64,000 bases of DNA. Origin: an uncultured Methanosarcinaceae archaeon (GTDB taxonomy: Archaea; Halobacteriota; Methanosarcinia; Methanosarcinales; Methanosarcinaceae). How positions within the stretch are numbered: the first letter of the stretch is position 1; the number at the start of each line of letters is the position of its first letter. Under the pieces are notes generated by a model. It made no database searches. It was given only the letters and a program-made list of their open reading frames with translations, and was not told where the DNA came from. The translations under genes were made by a program, and so were the position numbers. Location of the stretch: assembly GCA_963847185.1 (NCBI GenBank), contig CAWJYV010000007.1, positions 864,001 to 928,000 of the forward strand, read 5' to 3'. This document shows, piece by piece, positions 52,785-63,651 of this stretch.

Positions 52785-53545
52785 ATGAGAGTCTCTAAAA
52801 TTTGTATTCAGTCGCTCCTGCTAATTCCTCTGGTTCTTCTACTTTTTAGCGTATCAGTTTACTCTTAGCAGGAAGATCAGATACGAAAAGAAGAACAGAA
52901 AGAAGATTGTTCACAACCACAGGTACATTCAGAGTTTTCAGCTCAGAAAAATTCTGTTGCTTTAAAGGTTCGAGAAGCAGCAAACCTTGTGGGAGAAAGA
53001 GGAGAAGAAGCTTTTCCTGAATTCAGGAAGAAAGGTGGCAAATGGATTTATGATGATTTCTACATCTATGTCTGGAAAATTAATGGAGGGAGGGCTCTTA
53101 GGGTTGTTTATCCTCCTGATCTAAAAGGGGAGGGGCAGGATGTAACTGAGCTTACAGATTTTAATGACAAGCCTATTGGAAAACTTTTCATTGGTGTAGC
53201 TCTCAGTGAAAGCGGAGAAGGATGGATATCTTATGAATGGCCAAAAATTGGAGATACAGAACCTTCCACTAAGCATGGTTTCATAAAAAGAGCTACTTTT
53301 GAGGGGGAAACTTATCTTTTGGGTTCGGGCTTTTATGTGTATGATTATCTCTTTAAAAGGGATACAGATAATTGCAAATATGTCAATGCAACACGTACTT
53401 CTCTATGTTAACTGATGCACCCGCAAAAGATGAAAATAGAACATGAAATCAATTACAGCATTGCATATGTGGTTTTGGATTCAGATGAAAAAAGCCTTCC
53501 ACACAGACTTTAAAATCCAGTAACCCATTAGTCCTGAAGGTACAT
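52785..53545 (+). pseudogene. Secreted Cache-domain + cupin fusion pseudogene
   Basis: ATG 52785 with signal peptide, in-frame TAG 52866, Cache motifs 'GEEAFPEF', 'GEGWISYEWPK', 'LGSGFY'; beyond TAA 53409 continues 'LMHP..YSIAYVVL..SLPHRL*NP..H' (cupin-like). Confidence 0.7.
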
Positions 53546-53929
53546 TTTTTCTGATGTGGTAAGCCAATTTTTTCGAATTTATTGATATTTTTAAACAAAT
53601 TAATTATATAAAAACAGATTAATATCGAACATATTATATATTGTGATCTTGATATCTAACTTGAAGTTTCTTGATTTATAATATCCAGAAGGAGCTGTAT
53701 AAACTAATTAATTATTCCGGCTGGAAGACTAAAATTATATGATAATTACCTTAAAGTCCATTTTTGAAAAATCGTAGTACTTTTTGAACTTTGAATCGAA
53801 AAAATCCATTAAAAGACTTTCAATTACAGATCCTGATCAAAAGAAAACGATACCTTGAAAAATTATATTGAGAGTTTATATCTTTGAAAATTAACAAAAA
53901 TGGCTGATTGAGATTTCGAGAGGGGAATT

Positions 53930-54355
53930 ATGGCGTCAGAAAAAACAGAGGAAGTTGTGTGTCCAAATCCGGAATGTGCTTATTATCTTAAGGTTGAAGG
54001 AAAAGCCGTTATAAAACGCGGTAAGTATAGAACTGGACATCAGAGATACTATTGTAAGCACTGCAGTAAGTTCTTCATGGATACTATAGGTACATCTGTT
54101 TATCGCAAACATCTGCCTAAAGATGAAATAAGATTAATATATCGGCTTTTTCTTGAAAAAAATGGGATAAGGAGTATTGAAAGGATAACAGGACACCACA
54201 GGGATACAGTAAGCAACCTCTTAAAAAGTACGCTAAGAAATGAAAAAACAGAGGACTATCTGGTAAACAAGATTGGGTTAACAGCCAGCGAATGTGATAA
54301 GCTCTGGAAACTTTTAGAACTGAAGAGGAATAACTCCCAAAATTCTCCTAAATGA
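53930..54355 (+). CDS. Stand-alone IS1 InsA-like Zn-finger/HTH protein (no DDE domain)
   Basis: 'CPNPEC', 'GHQRYYCKHC', 'GIRSIERITGHHRDTV'; no InsB and no TIRs seen. Confidence 0.75.
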   Translation: MASEKTEEVVCPNPECAYYLKVEGKAVIKRGKYRTGHQRYYCKHCSKFFMDTIGTSVYRKHLPKDEIRLIYRLFLEKNGIRSIERITGHHRDTVSNLLKSTLRNEKTEDYLVNKIGLTASECDKLWKLLELKRNNSQNSPK

Positions 54356-54674
54356 CAAATTCTAAAATTCCTCTATTCAGAAGTTTCTGGGCAATACTCG
54401 TTAAATTGAATGACTTGGGCGTTAACTTCTCGTTTTCGATAGGAACTTCTTATATGCATAGTTCTTAAGATGAATGATTTTGTGGTTACAGACATATCTA
54501 CAAAACTGTTATAAGAATATAAAAAATACATAATGTATCCTCAATCCTTACTCTTTTTCTAAATCATAAATTATAAATACAATCTATCTCTTTTTTGTTA
54601 GAAATCAAACAATACGTAAATAAACTATATTCAATACAATAAGGATTCTGACGATGTAGATACAAATAAGTTAG

Positions 54675-54690
54675 GTTCAAAAAATTGAAC
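54675..54690. promoter_or_regulatory. Palindrome GTTCAA-N4-TTGAAC, candidate MarR autoregulatory operator
   Basis: Perfect 6-bp inverted repeat about 80 bp upstream of the marR-like ATG. Confidence 0.45.
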
Positions 54691-54771
54691 TCAGTCATCT
54701 CATCTCGTGAATAGAGCTTAACCTCATTGTCCGAATCCGAATAAGATCAAATTATTTCACTGTGGTAATCA

Positions 54772-55230
54772 ATGAAAGAAGAAAGAATAAAGGAAACTGT
54801 AAAACTCCAATTTGAAATGATCCACCTCTTCCATAAAAATTTTGCTAAAGTTTTTCATCAAATAGGAAGCAGTCCATATAATCTGAACAAAAATCAGAAT
54901 AAAGCTATTATGATTATTGGAGCTTCAGACAATATCATGCCTACAACTCTGGGCAAATGTCTCGACCTTCAGAAGGGAAGCCTGACAAGCATGATAGATG
55001 CCCTGGAAAAAGAAGAACTTGTCCGCAGGAGAGGCGACCCTCAAGACCGCAGAAAAATACTGATTTCCCTTACCGATAAAGGGATAGAGTACAGAAGGTG
55101 GTTTATAGGCGAAGTAGAAAAAAACGCATCAGAAATTTTCAATAAGCTGGAAGAAGCAGATATTGTCACATATCAGGAAAGCCTGAGAACATTGCTTGGG
55201 ATGCTAAAGAAACTTGACGAAACAGTTTAA
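54772..55230 (+). CDS. MarR-family transcriptional regulator
   Basis: 'KGSLTSMIDALEKEELVRRRGDPQDRRKILISLTDKG'. Confidence 0.92.
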   Translation: MKEERIKETVKLQFEMIHLFHKNFAKVFHQIGSSPYNLNKNQNKAIMIIGASDNIMPTTLGKCLDLQKGSLTSMIDALEKEELVRRRGDPQDRRKILISLTDKGIEYRRWFIGEVEKNASEIFNKLEEADIVTYQESLRTLLGMLKKLDETV

Positions 55231-55272
55231 ATGAATAATCGAAAAAGGATATAATGGTACCGGAGGCGTGCA

Positions 55273-55620
55273 ATGAATTCTGAACTCATAGGCAGACTCA
55301 AGAGTCTGGGATTCACGAAAAACGAGGCAAAAATTTACGTTGGATTACTCAGCTTGAATGAAGCGACAGCAAGGCAAATTCATGAATATACTCTTGTTCC
55401 GAGACCAAAAATTTATTCTGTACTGGGCAGAATGGAAAAAAAAGGATATGTGGAATCCAGAGGAGGGACTCCCGCTTATTTTAGAAGTGTCGTTCCTGAG
55501 AGACTGGCTGAGAGACTTAAAGATGAATTTTTACATTCCCTGAACGAAACATTAAAGGAACTTAGTTCTGCAGCAAAAGAGATTAAAAACCGATATTGTA
55601 ATGAGAGGCCTTCAATTTAA
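55273..55620 (+). CDS. TrmB-type HTH regulator (DNA-binding domain only)
   Basis: 'LGFTKNEAKIY', 'VPRPKIYSVLGRMEKKGYVE..GTPAYF'. Confidence 0.88.
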   Translation: MNSELIGRLKSLGFTKNEAKIYVGLLSLNEATARQIHEYTLVPRPKIYSVLGRMEKKGYVESRGGTPAYFRSVVPERLAERLKDEFLHSLNETLKELSSAAKEIKNRYCNERPSI

Positions 55621-55793
55621 AATGTTCCTTTTTTCCTTTGTTCCTGGGCGTATTCTATATCTTTTTTCCGCAGTTTTCTTTTGTACCCCTGGATATCCTT
55701 TCCCATGAGCCTATCCTTCTTCATGGGACGAAAAAAAATAATTATTATTTATAAGGTGGAATATTGAGGACGGCTGTTTGAGTCAAGAGTTTT

Positions 55794-55880
55794 TATTCAT
55801 CTGAGTTTAGCATTTCTATTCATCTGAGTTTAGCATTTCTATTCATCTGAGTTTAGCATTTCTATTCTTCTGAGGTTAGT
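55794..55880. repeat. 23-bp tandem repeat TATTCATCTGAGTTTAGCATTTC x3 + degenerate partial copy
   Basis: Identical copies at 55794, 55817, 55840. Confidence 0.92.
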
Positions 55881-56559
55881 GTTATTATTTAGTTTTTTGA
55901 GATATCTATATATACATGAAATAGGTAATAAGCTACCGTATGCCGGCTCAATACGAGCATTTAATAGGTGAGTCTGAAATGAATGAAAAAGTTCCACAAA
56001 AGCGCTTGAAACCAGTTCTACATGGATTCCTCTTGAGAGAGCCAAGGATCGTTCCTTCCTCAAAAATAAAGATCATGAAACTTTTTGGAACTCTTTCCAC
56101 AAAAAAACCCGAAGCCTGAAAATGAAAGAATAATAGAGGGGGGTTCAACTACCGAGTTTCTCAAGTGACCATCTATCGATAATTGTGTCACCGGATATCT
56201 AGATGAGTTTCAATGATACAAAACCTCTAAAGCCATAGCTTCAAGACTACAATATCCTGCTTACCTGTTTAAACTAGAAAAGCCCTAGTATCCAAAATAC
56301 ACTTGTGACACCAATTAGATAGAACCAGAACTAGGTATAAGAAATATCAACAAAAGGAGAAAAGGTAAACTAGAATCCATCCCGAGCAGGTAAGAAAAAC
56401 AAGGCCTGGACTCAGGTAAAGAACTGGATAGTATCAATCCGGATAATATCAATCCATCTTTACCTGTAATCCAGCAATCTATCTTGTCATTCTTATCCCG
56501 AGTTTGGGGATTTTTGATTGACTCTAGTTGTAGATAACTATATATATAAAAAACAATCG

Positions 56560-56830
56560 TTTTTATCCTTTCCTTAATCATTTTTGTTCTTTTTCTTTTT
56601 TCCTCACTTATTCTCATTCTTATTCTCTGTTTCCCATTTATTCTCATTCTTTTTCTCGTTTCCCGATCATTTAATCCTTTTCTCCGTTTTTCTTCCTTTT
56701 TTCAGATATTATCTCGTTTCCTGGCTTTTGATCCTTTTCTCTTTTTTCCTAGCTTCTTTTTATCTATTTTCTCTTTTTCTGGTTCTTTTTATCCTTTTCT
56801 CTTTTTCACTCTTTTTTGTCTTTTTCTTCT
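56560..56830. repeat. Polypyrimidine low-complexity tract with short internal repeats
   Basis: About 270 bp dominated by T/C on the + strand; repeated TTATTCTCATTCTT and ATCCTTTTCTCTTTTT. Confidence 0.75.
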
Positions 56831-56919
56831 GAATACCTATTTATCAAATACTTTAAGAAAACCTGTATTCAACAATAAAAGTGATAAAAACAAATTACAA
56901 GATGATACAGTTCAGGAGA

Positions 56920-57321
56920 ATGAGTTTGAAACTTCAAATTGAAACTGCTAAACGTATTGAATTGATAGATATCACTTCAGAGGTTCAGAACGAAGTAATG
57001 AAAAGAGGAATTTCCGAAGGAATATGTATCATTAGTACAAGGCATACTACTGCGGGCATCATTGTTAACGAAAACGAAAGTGGGCTAAAAGAGGATACCC
57101 TTAACCTTTTACAGAAACTTGTACCTACGGGCGCAGGATATAAACATGACCGCATAGATAACAATGCTGATGCCCACCTTAGAGCAGTACTTCTGGGAGC
57201 AAGTGAGGTTCTTCCCGTATCTGAAGGAAAACTGGATCTTGGGACCTGGCAGAGAGTTTTTTTTGCCGAAATGGATGGGCCGAGAGGCAGAACAGTAGAT
57301 ATTACCGTTTTAATGATTTAA
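56920..57321 (+). CDS. yjbQ: YjbQ/UPF0047 family (secondary thiamine-phosphate synthase)
   Basis: 'HTTAGIIVNENE', 'YKHD..DNNADAHL', 'LGTWQRVFFAEMDGPR'. Confidence 0.9.
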   Translation: MSLKLQIETAKRIELIDITSEVQNEVMKRGISEGICIISTRHTTAGIIVNENESGLKEDTLNLLQKLVPTGAGYKHDRIDNNADAHLRAVLLGASEVLPVSEGKLDLGTWQRVFFAEMDGPRGRTVDITVLMI

Positions 57322-57410
57322 TTATAACAGTGAGAATGAAAAAATCCCAGGCAATAAGAAAAAGATTAAAAGAAAAAAGTTCCTTGCAGTTTGCCTTGAG
57401 AAAGCAACAC

Positions 57411-58841
57411 TCAGGAACTTATAGGGTTATTAAAATCATCCAGACGAGTTTGCTTTTTTCTGCAGTTTTCCCCAGGGATTTCTACAGGGTACTCCCCAGT
57501 AAGGCAACCAATACACATGTTACTTTTATCGCACTCTAAAGCCTGCATAAGCCCGTCAATACTGAGATATCCTAAGGAATCAGCATTAATGAGGCCTTCT
57601 ACCTCTTTTACGGTCTTGTAGGAGGCTATAAGTTCCTGTCTGGTAGCCATGTCAATTCCCAGGTAGCAGGGGGCAATAATTGCAGGACTTCCTACTCTGG
57701 CATGAATCTCGGAGGCACCTGCCCGTCTAACCATGTCTATAATTCTTCTGGAAGTTGTACCTCGAACTATACTGTCGTCAACAAGGACTACACGCTTGCC
57801 TTTGATATTGTCCTGAATTGCGTTCATTTTGAGTCTTACTGCAGTTTCACGCATTTCCTGGCCAGGGAGAATAAATGTACGTCCTATGTAGCGGTTTTTC
57901 ATCAAACCTTCCAGATATTTGATTTCTGACTCCCGGGCATAGCCAATTGCTGAGGTAATCCCGGAGTCAGGCACAGGAGAAACGACATCTGCCTCAACAT
58001 GGTGTTCTCTGGCGAGTTCCCGTCCTATATTTTCCCGCACTTTGTAGACCAGTTTCCCGTCAATAACAGAGTCAGGTCTTGCAAAGTAAATGAACTCAAA
58101 AACACAGTGTGCTGGATGAGGTTCATTTCCTATCTGGTGGCTCTCAAAAACTTTACCATCAAAGACAACTACCTCGCCTGGCTTGACATCTCTGATTAAG
58201 GTGCCGTTCAGGGTATCAAGGGCTACACTTTCCGAAACGACAGCATAACCTCCATCAACTTCTCCAAAACAGAGGGGTTTGAATCCAAAAGGATCTCTGA
58301 CAGCATACAGAATTCCGTCTATATGGATAACCAGAGAATAAGAGCCAACAAGTTTTCGCATCACGTTCCTGATTGATTCCACAGGTTCGTGTTTTATAAG
58401 CTCTTTTACAAGGAGGTGACCAATGACTTCGGTGTCGGAATCACTTATAAAAATTCGACCTTCGCACTCCAGCTCATCCTTGAGGGCTTTGGCATTCACC
58501 AGATTCCCATTATGGGCAATTGCAACTGTTCCTCCTTTAAAATTAAGGATAAAGGGCTGGCAGTTTTCGATCTTTGATCCGCCTGTAGTTGAGTAGCGAA
58601 CGTGCCCTACCCCTGCATTTCCGATCAGGCGTCCCAGAGAATCTTTGTTGTACACGTCAGGCACAAGCCCCATGCCTTTGATAGACTTAGGGGAAGTGCC
58701 GTCATATACCATTATGCCGGTGGACTCCTGTCCCCTGTGCTGAAGAGCATAAAGAGCATAATAAAGCTTGAATGCGACAGTATTGGATTGAGGCCTGTCG
58801 CCTGGAAGAATTATGCCTGCGACACCGCATTCTTCTTTCAA
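57411..58841 (-). CDS. purF: Amidophosphoribosyltransferase
   Basis: 'EECGV', 'LQHRGQES', 'GHVRYST', 'CVFEFIYFARPDS', 'VDDSIVRGTT'. Confidence 0.97.
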   Translation of the reverse strand: MKEECGVAGIILPGDRPQSNTVAFKLYYALYALQHRGQESTGIMVYDGTSPKSIKGMGLVPDVYNKDSLGRLIGNAGVGHVRYSTTGGSKIENCQPFILNFKGGTVAIAHNGNLVNAKALKDELECEGRIFISDSDTEVIGHLLVKELIKHEPVESIRNVMRKLVGSYSLVIHIDGILYAVRDPFGFKPLCFGEVDGGYAVVSESVALDTLNGTLIRDVKPGEVVVFDGKVFESHQIGNEPHPAHCVFEFIYFARPDSVIDGKLVYKVRENIGRELAREHHVEADVVSPVPDSGITSAIGYARESEIKYLEGLMKNRYIGRTFILPGQEMRETAVRLKMNAIQDNIKGKRVVLVDDSIVRGTTSRRIIDMVRRAGASEIHARVGSPAIIAPCYLGIDMATRQELIASYKTVKEVEGLINADSLGYLSIDGLMQALECDKSNMCIGCLTGEYPVEIPGENCRKKQTRLDDFNNPISS

Positions 58842-58890
58842 TTTTGACCTCCGGTGCAGGTAAAAAATAGAGAAAATGGAACAGACAAAT

Positions 58891-59061
<171 letters not shown>

Positions 59062-59212
59062 TCATAAATCTCCTGATAAGAATCAATTGTATCTGAGAAA
59101 TACTCGATAATCTTAAGCGATTTCGTTTTTCTGAATTTACTCTTTGCGGCCAGTCACAATGCTCCTGTTGCTAACCGAGGCTAACGATAATAGATGAAGT
59201 GCTTGATATAGA

Positions 59213-59452
<240 letters not shown>

Positions 59453-59874
59453 TTATGAATCAAGTCATTATCTATATCATTATAAATAGTTAATCCAGAT
59501 TTAAACTGATCGCCGCGCTTAAATGTTTGATTATTTGAATCAAACTCGCAAATACAATATATAAACTTATCGAAGAAATGTGCCATTTTTAATTTTTTTA
59601 AATACTTGAGTATTATCACGAATCACCCTTCAAGAACCCTTTGGAGGGGAAAGATACAATATCAATCAAGCACTTCCATCTCAGTAAGTCTAATAATATA
59701 TTTCTGCAAATCGGTTTCTTCAGAGAAACCAGATAAAGTTCTACAACTGATTAATAAATTTTATGCAATTGCCCCCTCATAAGATAATAAAAGTTTCTTT
59801 GAAGGCATATTATTGAATTGACCAACATAGAAGAAAATAGTTTCGGAAGAACTGAATAATAAAGAGACGAAAAT

Positions 59875-61218
59875 ATGACAGAAAATGCCCTGACAATAAG
59901 AAACCCTATTGTTATGACTATTGCAGGTTCAGATTCCGGAGGAGGCGCCGGTATTGCTGCGGATTTGAAAACTTTTGCCGCTCTTGGGGTGCATGGGACC
60001 TTCGCCATTACATCTGTTACTGCGCAGAATACTACAGGTGTTATCGAGACCTTTGATCTTCCTCCCTCAGCTGTTGCTAGCCAGATGGATGCTGTCTGTG
60101 CAGATATGGATGTCAAATGGGCAAAAACCGGGATGCTCGCCTCGTCAGATATCGTCAGAGAAGTTGCAAAACAGGTAAGAAAGCATGAGCTTTCCCTCGT
60201 ACTTGACCCTGTAATGGCTGCTGAAGCCGGTGGGAGTCTGCTCCGAAAAGAAGCCCTTTCTGTTCTTATTGAAGAATTACTCCCTTTCTCTAAAGTTACC
60301 ACCCCCAATGCATCTGAAGCTGGTGCAATTGCCGGTATGCCTGTCAAGACTCCTGATGATGCAAGAATTGCAGCCAGGAAAATAGCGGATCTTGGCGTCG
60401 AGGCTGTCATTGTTACAGGAGGGCATATTGATGCCACTGACCTGCTCTATGAAGCCAGTTCGGATACTTTTACCCGTATTCCTGGAGCTTTTGTCAAAGG
60501 AGGGACACATGGTTCGGGGTGTACTTATTCTGCTGCAATGACAGCCTTTCTTGCCTGTGGGAAAAAATTGGAAGTAGCAGCACAAGAATCAAAGAAATTT
60601 GTAGTTCAGGCAATCCTGAAGAGCCGGCCTGCAGGCAGGGGTGTAAGTCCGGTAAATCCATTGGGAGCAACCCTTGAGGAAAAAGAACGCTATCTGGCCT
60701 TGAGAGAATTAAAAGAGGCTGTTTCGATTCTTGAGGAGAACTCTGATTTTTCAAAACTTATACCTGAAGTAGGTTGCAATATAGGAATGGCAATTCCCGG
60801 TGCAGAAAGCTTTGAGGATGTTGCAGCCGTGGAAGGCAGAATTGTAAGACTCAGAGGAAGGGCAGTTCCTGTGGGTTGTACTGTTTTTGGAGCCAGCAGG
60901 CACGTCGCAAGAATTATCCTCTCTGCCCTTCGCTACGACCCTGAGATAAGAGCTGCAATTAATGTAAGGTATTCTGCAAAAAACCTCTCCTTATGTAAAG
61001 AAGCCGGACTCAGTGTTTCTTCCTTTGACAGAGATGAAGAACCTGAGAACGTCAGTACCATGGACTGGGGTACTGCCGAAGCTATCAAAAAATACGGAAG
61101 CGTACCGAAAGTAATTTATGATAAAGGGGGTGCAGGGAAAGAACCTATGATCCGCCTTCTTGGTAAAGATGCCGTTGAAGTAGCTAAGCTTGCTGTTAAA
61201 CTCGCGGAAAAGTTATAG
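59875..61218 (+). CDS. thiD: Bifunctional HMP/HMP-P kinase with C-terminal ThiN domain
   Basis: '[19 protein letters not shown]', 'TAQNT', 'VLDPVM', 'THGSGCT'; ThiN 'LIPEVGCNI', 'GASRHVAR', 'GKEPMIR'. Confidence 0.93.
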   Translation: MTENALTIRNPIVMTIAGSDSGGGAGIAADLKTFAALGVHGTFAITSVTAQNTTGVIETFDLPPSAVASQMDAVCADMDVKWAKTGMLASSDIVREVAKQVRKHELSLVLDPVMAAEAGGSLLRKEALSVLIEELLPFSKVTTPNASEAGAIAGMPVKTPDDARIAARKIADLGVEAVIVTGGHIDATDLLYEASSDTFTRIPGAFVKGGTHGSGCTYSAAMTAFLACGKKLEVAAQESKKFVVQAILKSRPAGRGVSPVNPLGATLEEKERYLALRELKEAVSILEENSDFSKLIPEVGCNIGMAIPGAESFEDVAAVEGRIVRLRGRAVPVGCTVFGASRHVARIILSALRYDPEIRAAINVRYSAKNLSLCKEAGLSVSSFDRDEEPENVSTMDWGTAEAIKKYGSVPKVIYDKGGAGKEPMIRLLGKDAVEVAKLAVKLAEKL

Positions 61219-61528
61219 TAATAAATAGCAAATCTGTAGCATTGTCTTGTAGATCTGTCGTTTTGTAAAATCTATGCTGCGTATCTTAGTATATAGTCTG
61301 TAGGCTCTCAGCATAGTCATTTCGAGATCGTCCGTTTTAGAACCAGATTTTGGTTCTGCCTTTTTTTCTTTTTTATACTCAGGTTATCCATAAACAATCC
61401 ATCTCTTTTAAAAATTTAGTTTATTAGAATGTATATAAGTGAGATGCAAAGACTTAATCTGAAAAGCAAGTAACACTTAAATACGTCTAAGTACGATTTT
61501 GTGCATATACGACTTAAGGAGAAAATCT

Positions 61529-62827
61529 ATGGAACAGACAAAGATTATTTTAGACGAAAATGAAATGCCGAAGCAATGGTATAACGTCCTTTCAGACTTA
61601 TCTTCTCCTATTGACCCTCCTCTTGACCCAAGGACCTGGGAGCCTATAAGCCCGGATGCACTTGAGCCAATTTTTCCGAAAGAACTCATCAAACAGGAGA
61701 TGAGTGATCAGAGGTTTATCGATATCCCTGATGAAATCCTTGAAATATACAGGCTATGGAGGCCCAGTCCTCTCTTCAGGGCACACAGGCTGGAAAAAGT
61801 TCTCAAAACGCCTGCAAAGATCTACTACAAATACGAAGGTGTGAGCCCTGCCGGCAGCCACAAAACAAATACCTCCATTGCCCAGGCTTACTATAATATG
61901 AAAGAAGGAACAGAGAGGATTACAACTGAAACCGGAGCAGGGCAGTGGGGGAGCGCACTTTCGCTTGCTTGCAACTACTTCGATCTTGAATGCAAAGTCT
62001 ATATGGTCCGTTCCAGCTACTATCAGAAACCTTACAGAAAATCTCTTATGACAGTCTGGGGAGGAAATGTTGTACCTTCACCCAGTCCGGATACGGAATT
62101 CGGAAGAAAAATTCTTGAAGAGCAGCCAGATACTCCTGGAAGCCTGGGGATAGCGATCAGTGAAGCTGTAGAAGACGCGATTGCTCACGATAATACCAAA
62201 TACTCTCTTGGAAGCGTGCTCAACCATGTTGTGCTTCACCAGACAGTAATCGGGACCGAGAGCAAAAAGCAGCTTGAACAGGTTGAAACCTACCCTGATA
62301 TTGTTATAGGATGCTGCGGAGGCGGAAGCAACCTTGGAGGAATATCCCTTGAGTTTATTAAAGACAGAATTGAAGGAAAAGGCAATACAAGAGTTATTGC
62401 AGTCGAACCTAAATCATGCCCTACTCTGACAGAAGGAGAGTACAAATATGACTTTGGGGACACAGCTGAAATGACCCCACTTCTAAAAATGTATACTCTG
62501 GGCCATAAATATACGCCTCCTGCTATCCATGCAGGTGGACTTCGCTATCATGGAGACTCTCCAATAATAAGTAAGCTTTGTGCAGAAGGGCTTATTGAAG
62601 CTGTTTCATATGACCAGTATCCTGTATTTGATGCAGCTGTGCAGTTTGCCAGGACTGAAGGTATAGTTCCTGCTCCGGAATCATCTCATGCTATCCGCTG
62701 TGCAATCGATGAAGCCCTCAAGTGCAGACAGACTGGAGAAGAAAAGACAATTCTATTTAATCTGAGCGGGCATGGGCACTTTGATATGAGCTCATATGAC
62801 AAATATTTTAGCAAAGAGCTTGTCTGA
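61529..62827 (+). CDS. trpB2: Tryptophan synthase beta chain 2 (TrpB2)
   Basis: 'WYNV', 'SPAGSHK', '[10 protein letters not shown]', '[10 protein letters not shown]', 'HAGGLRYHG', 'PAPESSH', 'NLSGHG'; no trpA nearby. Confidence 0.93.
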   Translation: MEQTKIILDENEMPKQWYNVLSDLSSPIDPPLDPRTWEPISPDALEPIFPKELIKQEMSDQRFIDIPDEILEIYRLWRPSPLFRAHRLEKVLKTPAKIYYKYEGVSPAGSHKTNTSIAQAYYNMKEGTERITTETGAGQWGSALSLACNYFDLECKVYMVRSSYYQKPYRKSLMTVWGGNVVPSPSPDTEFGRKILEEQPDTPGSLGIAISEAVEDAIAHDNTKYSLGSVLNHVVLHQTVIGTESKKQLEQVETYPDIVIGCCGGGSNLGGISLEFIKDRIEGKGNTRVIAVEPKSCPTLTEGEYKYDFGDTAEMTPLLKMYTLGHKYTPPAIHAGGLRYHGDSPIISKLCAEGLIEAVSYDQYPVFDAAVQFARTEGIVPAPESSHAIRCAIDEALKCRQTGEEKTILFNLSGHGHFDMSSYDKYFSKELV

Positions 62828-62947
62828 AAAATCTAAAAGAAGTCAAATTGCAAATGAAGAAACAGATCTTAAAAATAGACCTTAAAGAAACAGATCTTGG
62901 AGAATAGAGTTTACTGTAGAGACTAGATTTCCAGCTCGCGTTGCGCT

Positions 62948-63035
62948 TCCCGAGTTTCGCTTCCAGTGCTGGCATCTCCCGAGTTTCGCTTCGGGAGCAC
63001 GAGGTCCTTTTCGCTTCGCTCAAGAGGACTAACTT
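62948..63035. repeat. Copy of the REP-like hairpin repeat (with a partial duplicated 5' hairpin)
   Basis: TCCCGAGTTTCGCTTCGGGAGCACGAGGTCCTTTTCGCTTCGCTCAAGAGGACTAACTT, matching 31994-32250. Confidence 0.8.
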
Positions 63036-63237
63036 ATGGGCACAGTTTTTCCGCGTTTTCCGCGGTTAAAGAAACAAAAGCATATTTTTTCTGTGTCCTT
63101 GAAGTGAGGAAACTTTAATTTTTCTGGCGCATGTAGGCTTTTCTCCACAAACTGGAGTAAAGTTTAAAAATTTATGTCAAAAACTATAATTTGTTTCCCT
63201 CAGTTACTTGCTATAGGGAGAAAAGCTATTTATTAAA

Positions 63238-63651
63238 TCAGTCTGAATCAAATTGTCTTCTGTTCAGAATATAAGAGACCATCTTCGAGTTAAGCTTATG
63301 TTCTTTTGCTACCTTTTCTACAATTTTTTCAGCGGGAATACCTTCAGCTTTCAGGTTTCTTATCTTCATTATTATGGAGGGTGGGACAGTATAGTATTCG
63401 GTAATATCTTTCCTGTGCCCCCATACATCCCCTTCCACTAACTGGACTTTTTGCATCTCCAAATATATTTCTATAGCTTTTGAAATAGTTTTTTTATATG
63501 ATTTGGGGATCTGGATTACTTCCAGTTTAGGACAGGTTTCAACAAGCAGAAAAATGTCTTGATTTGATGGTCTGAAAGCAAGGTGAGAGACCTTTTCATT
63601 CGGATTCAGTGAAAGAATTTCATTTCTTGAACTTATAACTCTTATCTTCAT
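63238..63651 (-). CDS. DUF1699 family protein
   Basis: 'MKIRVISSRNEI..LNPNE..HLAFRPSN.DI', 'EGDVWGHRKDI.EYY'. Confidence 0.85.
   Translation of the reverse strand: MKIRVISSRNEILSLNPNEKVSHLAFRPSNQDIFLLVETCPKLEVIQIPKSYKKTISKAIEIYLEMQKVQLVEGDVWGHRKDITEYYTVPPSIIMKIRNLKAEGIPAEKIVEKVAKEHKLNSKMVSYILNRRQFDSD

Noticed and set aside
55794-55880. Possible mini-CRISPR (23-bp repeats)
   Set aside because: Repeats are contiguous with no spacers
56315-56832. ORFs 56315..56647 (-) and 56584..56832 (+, Phe-rich)
   Set aside because: Artefacts of the low-complexity pyrimidine tract; no RBS or domain signal
59626-59730. Hairpins upstream of thiD as a TPP riboswitch
   Set aside because: Lacks the conserved TPP-aptamer motifs (GCTGAGA, ACCTGA); only short isolated inverted repeats
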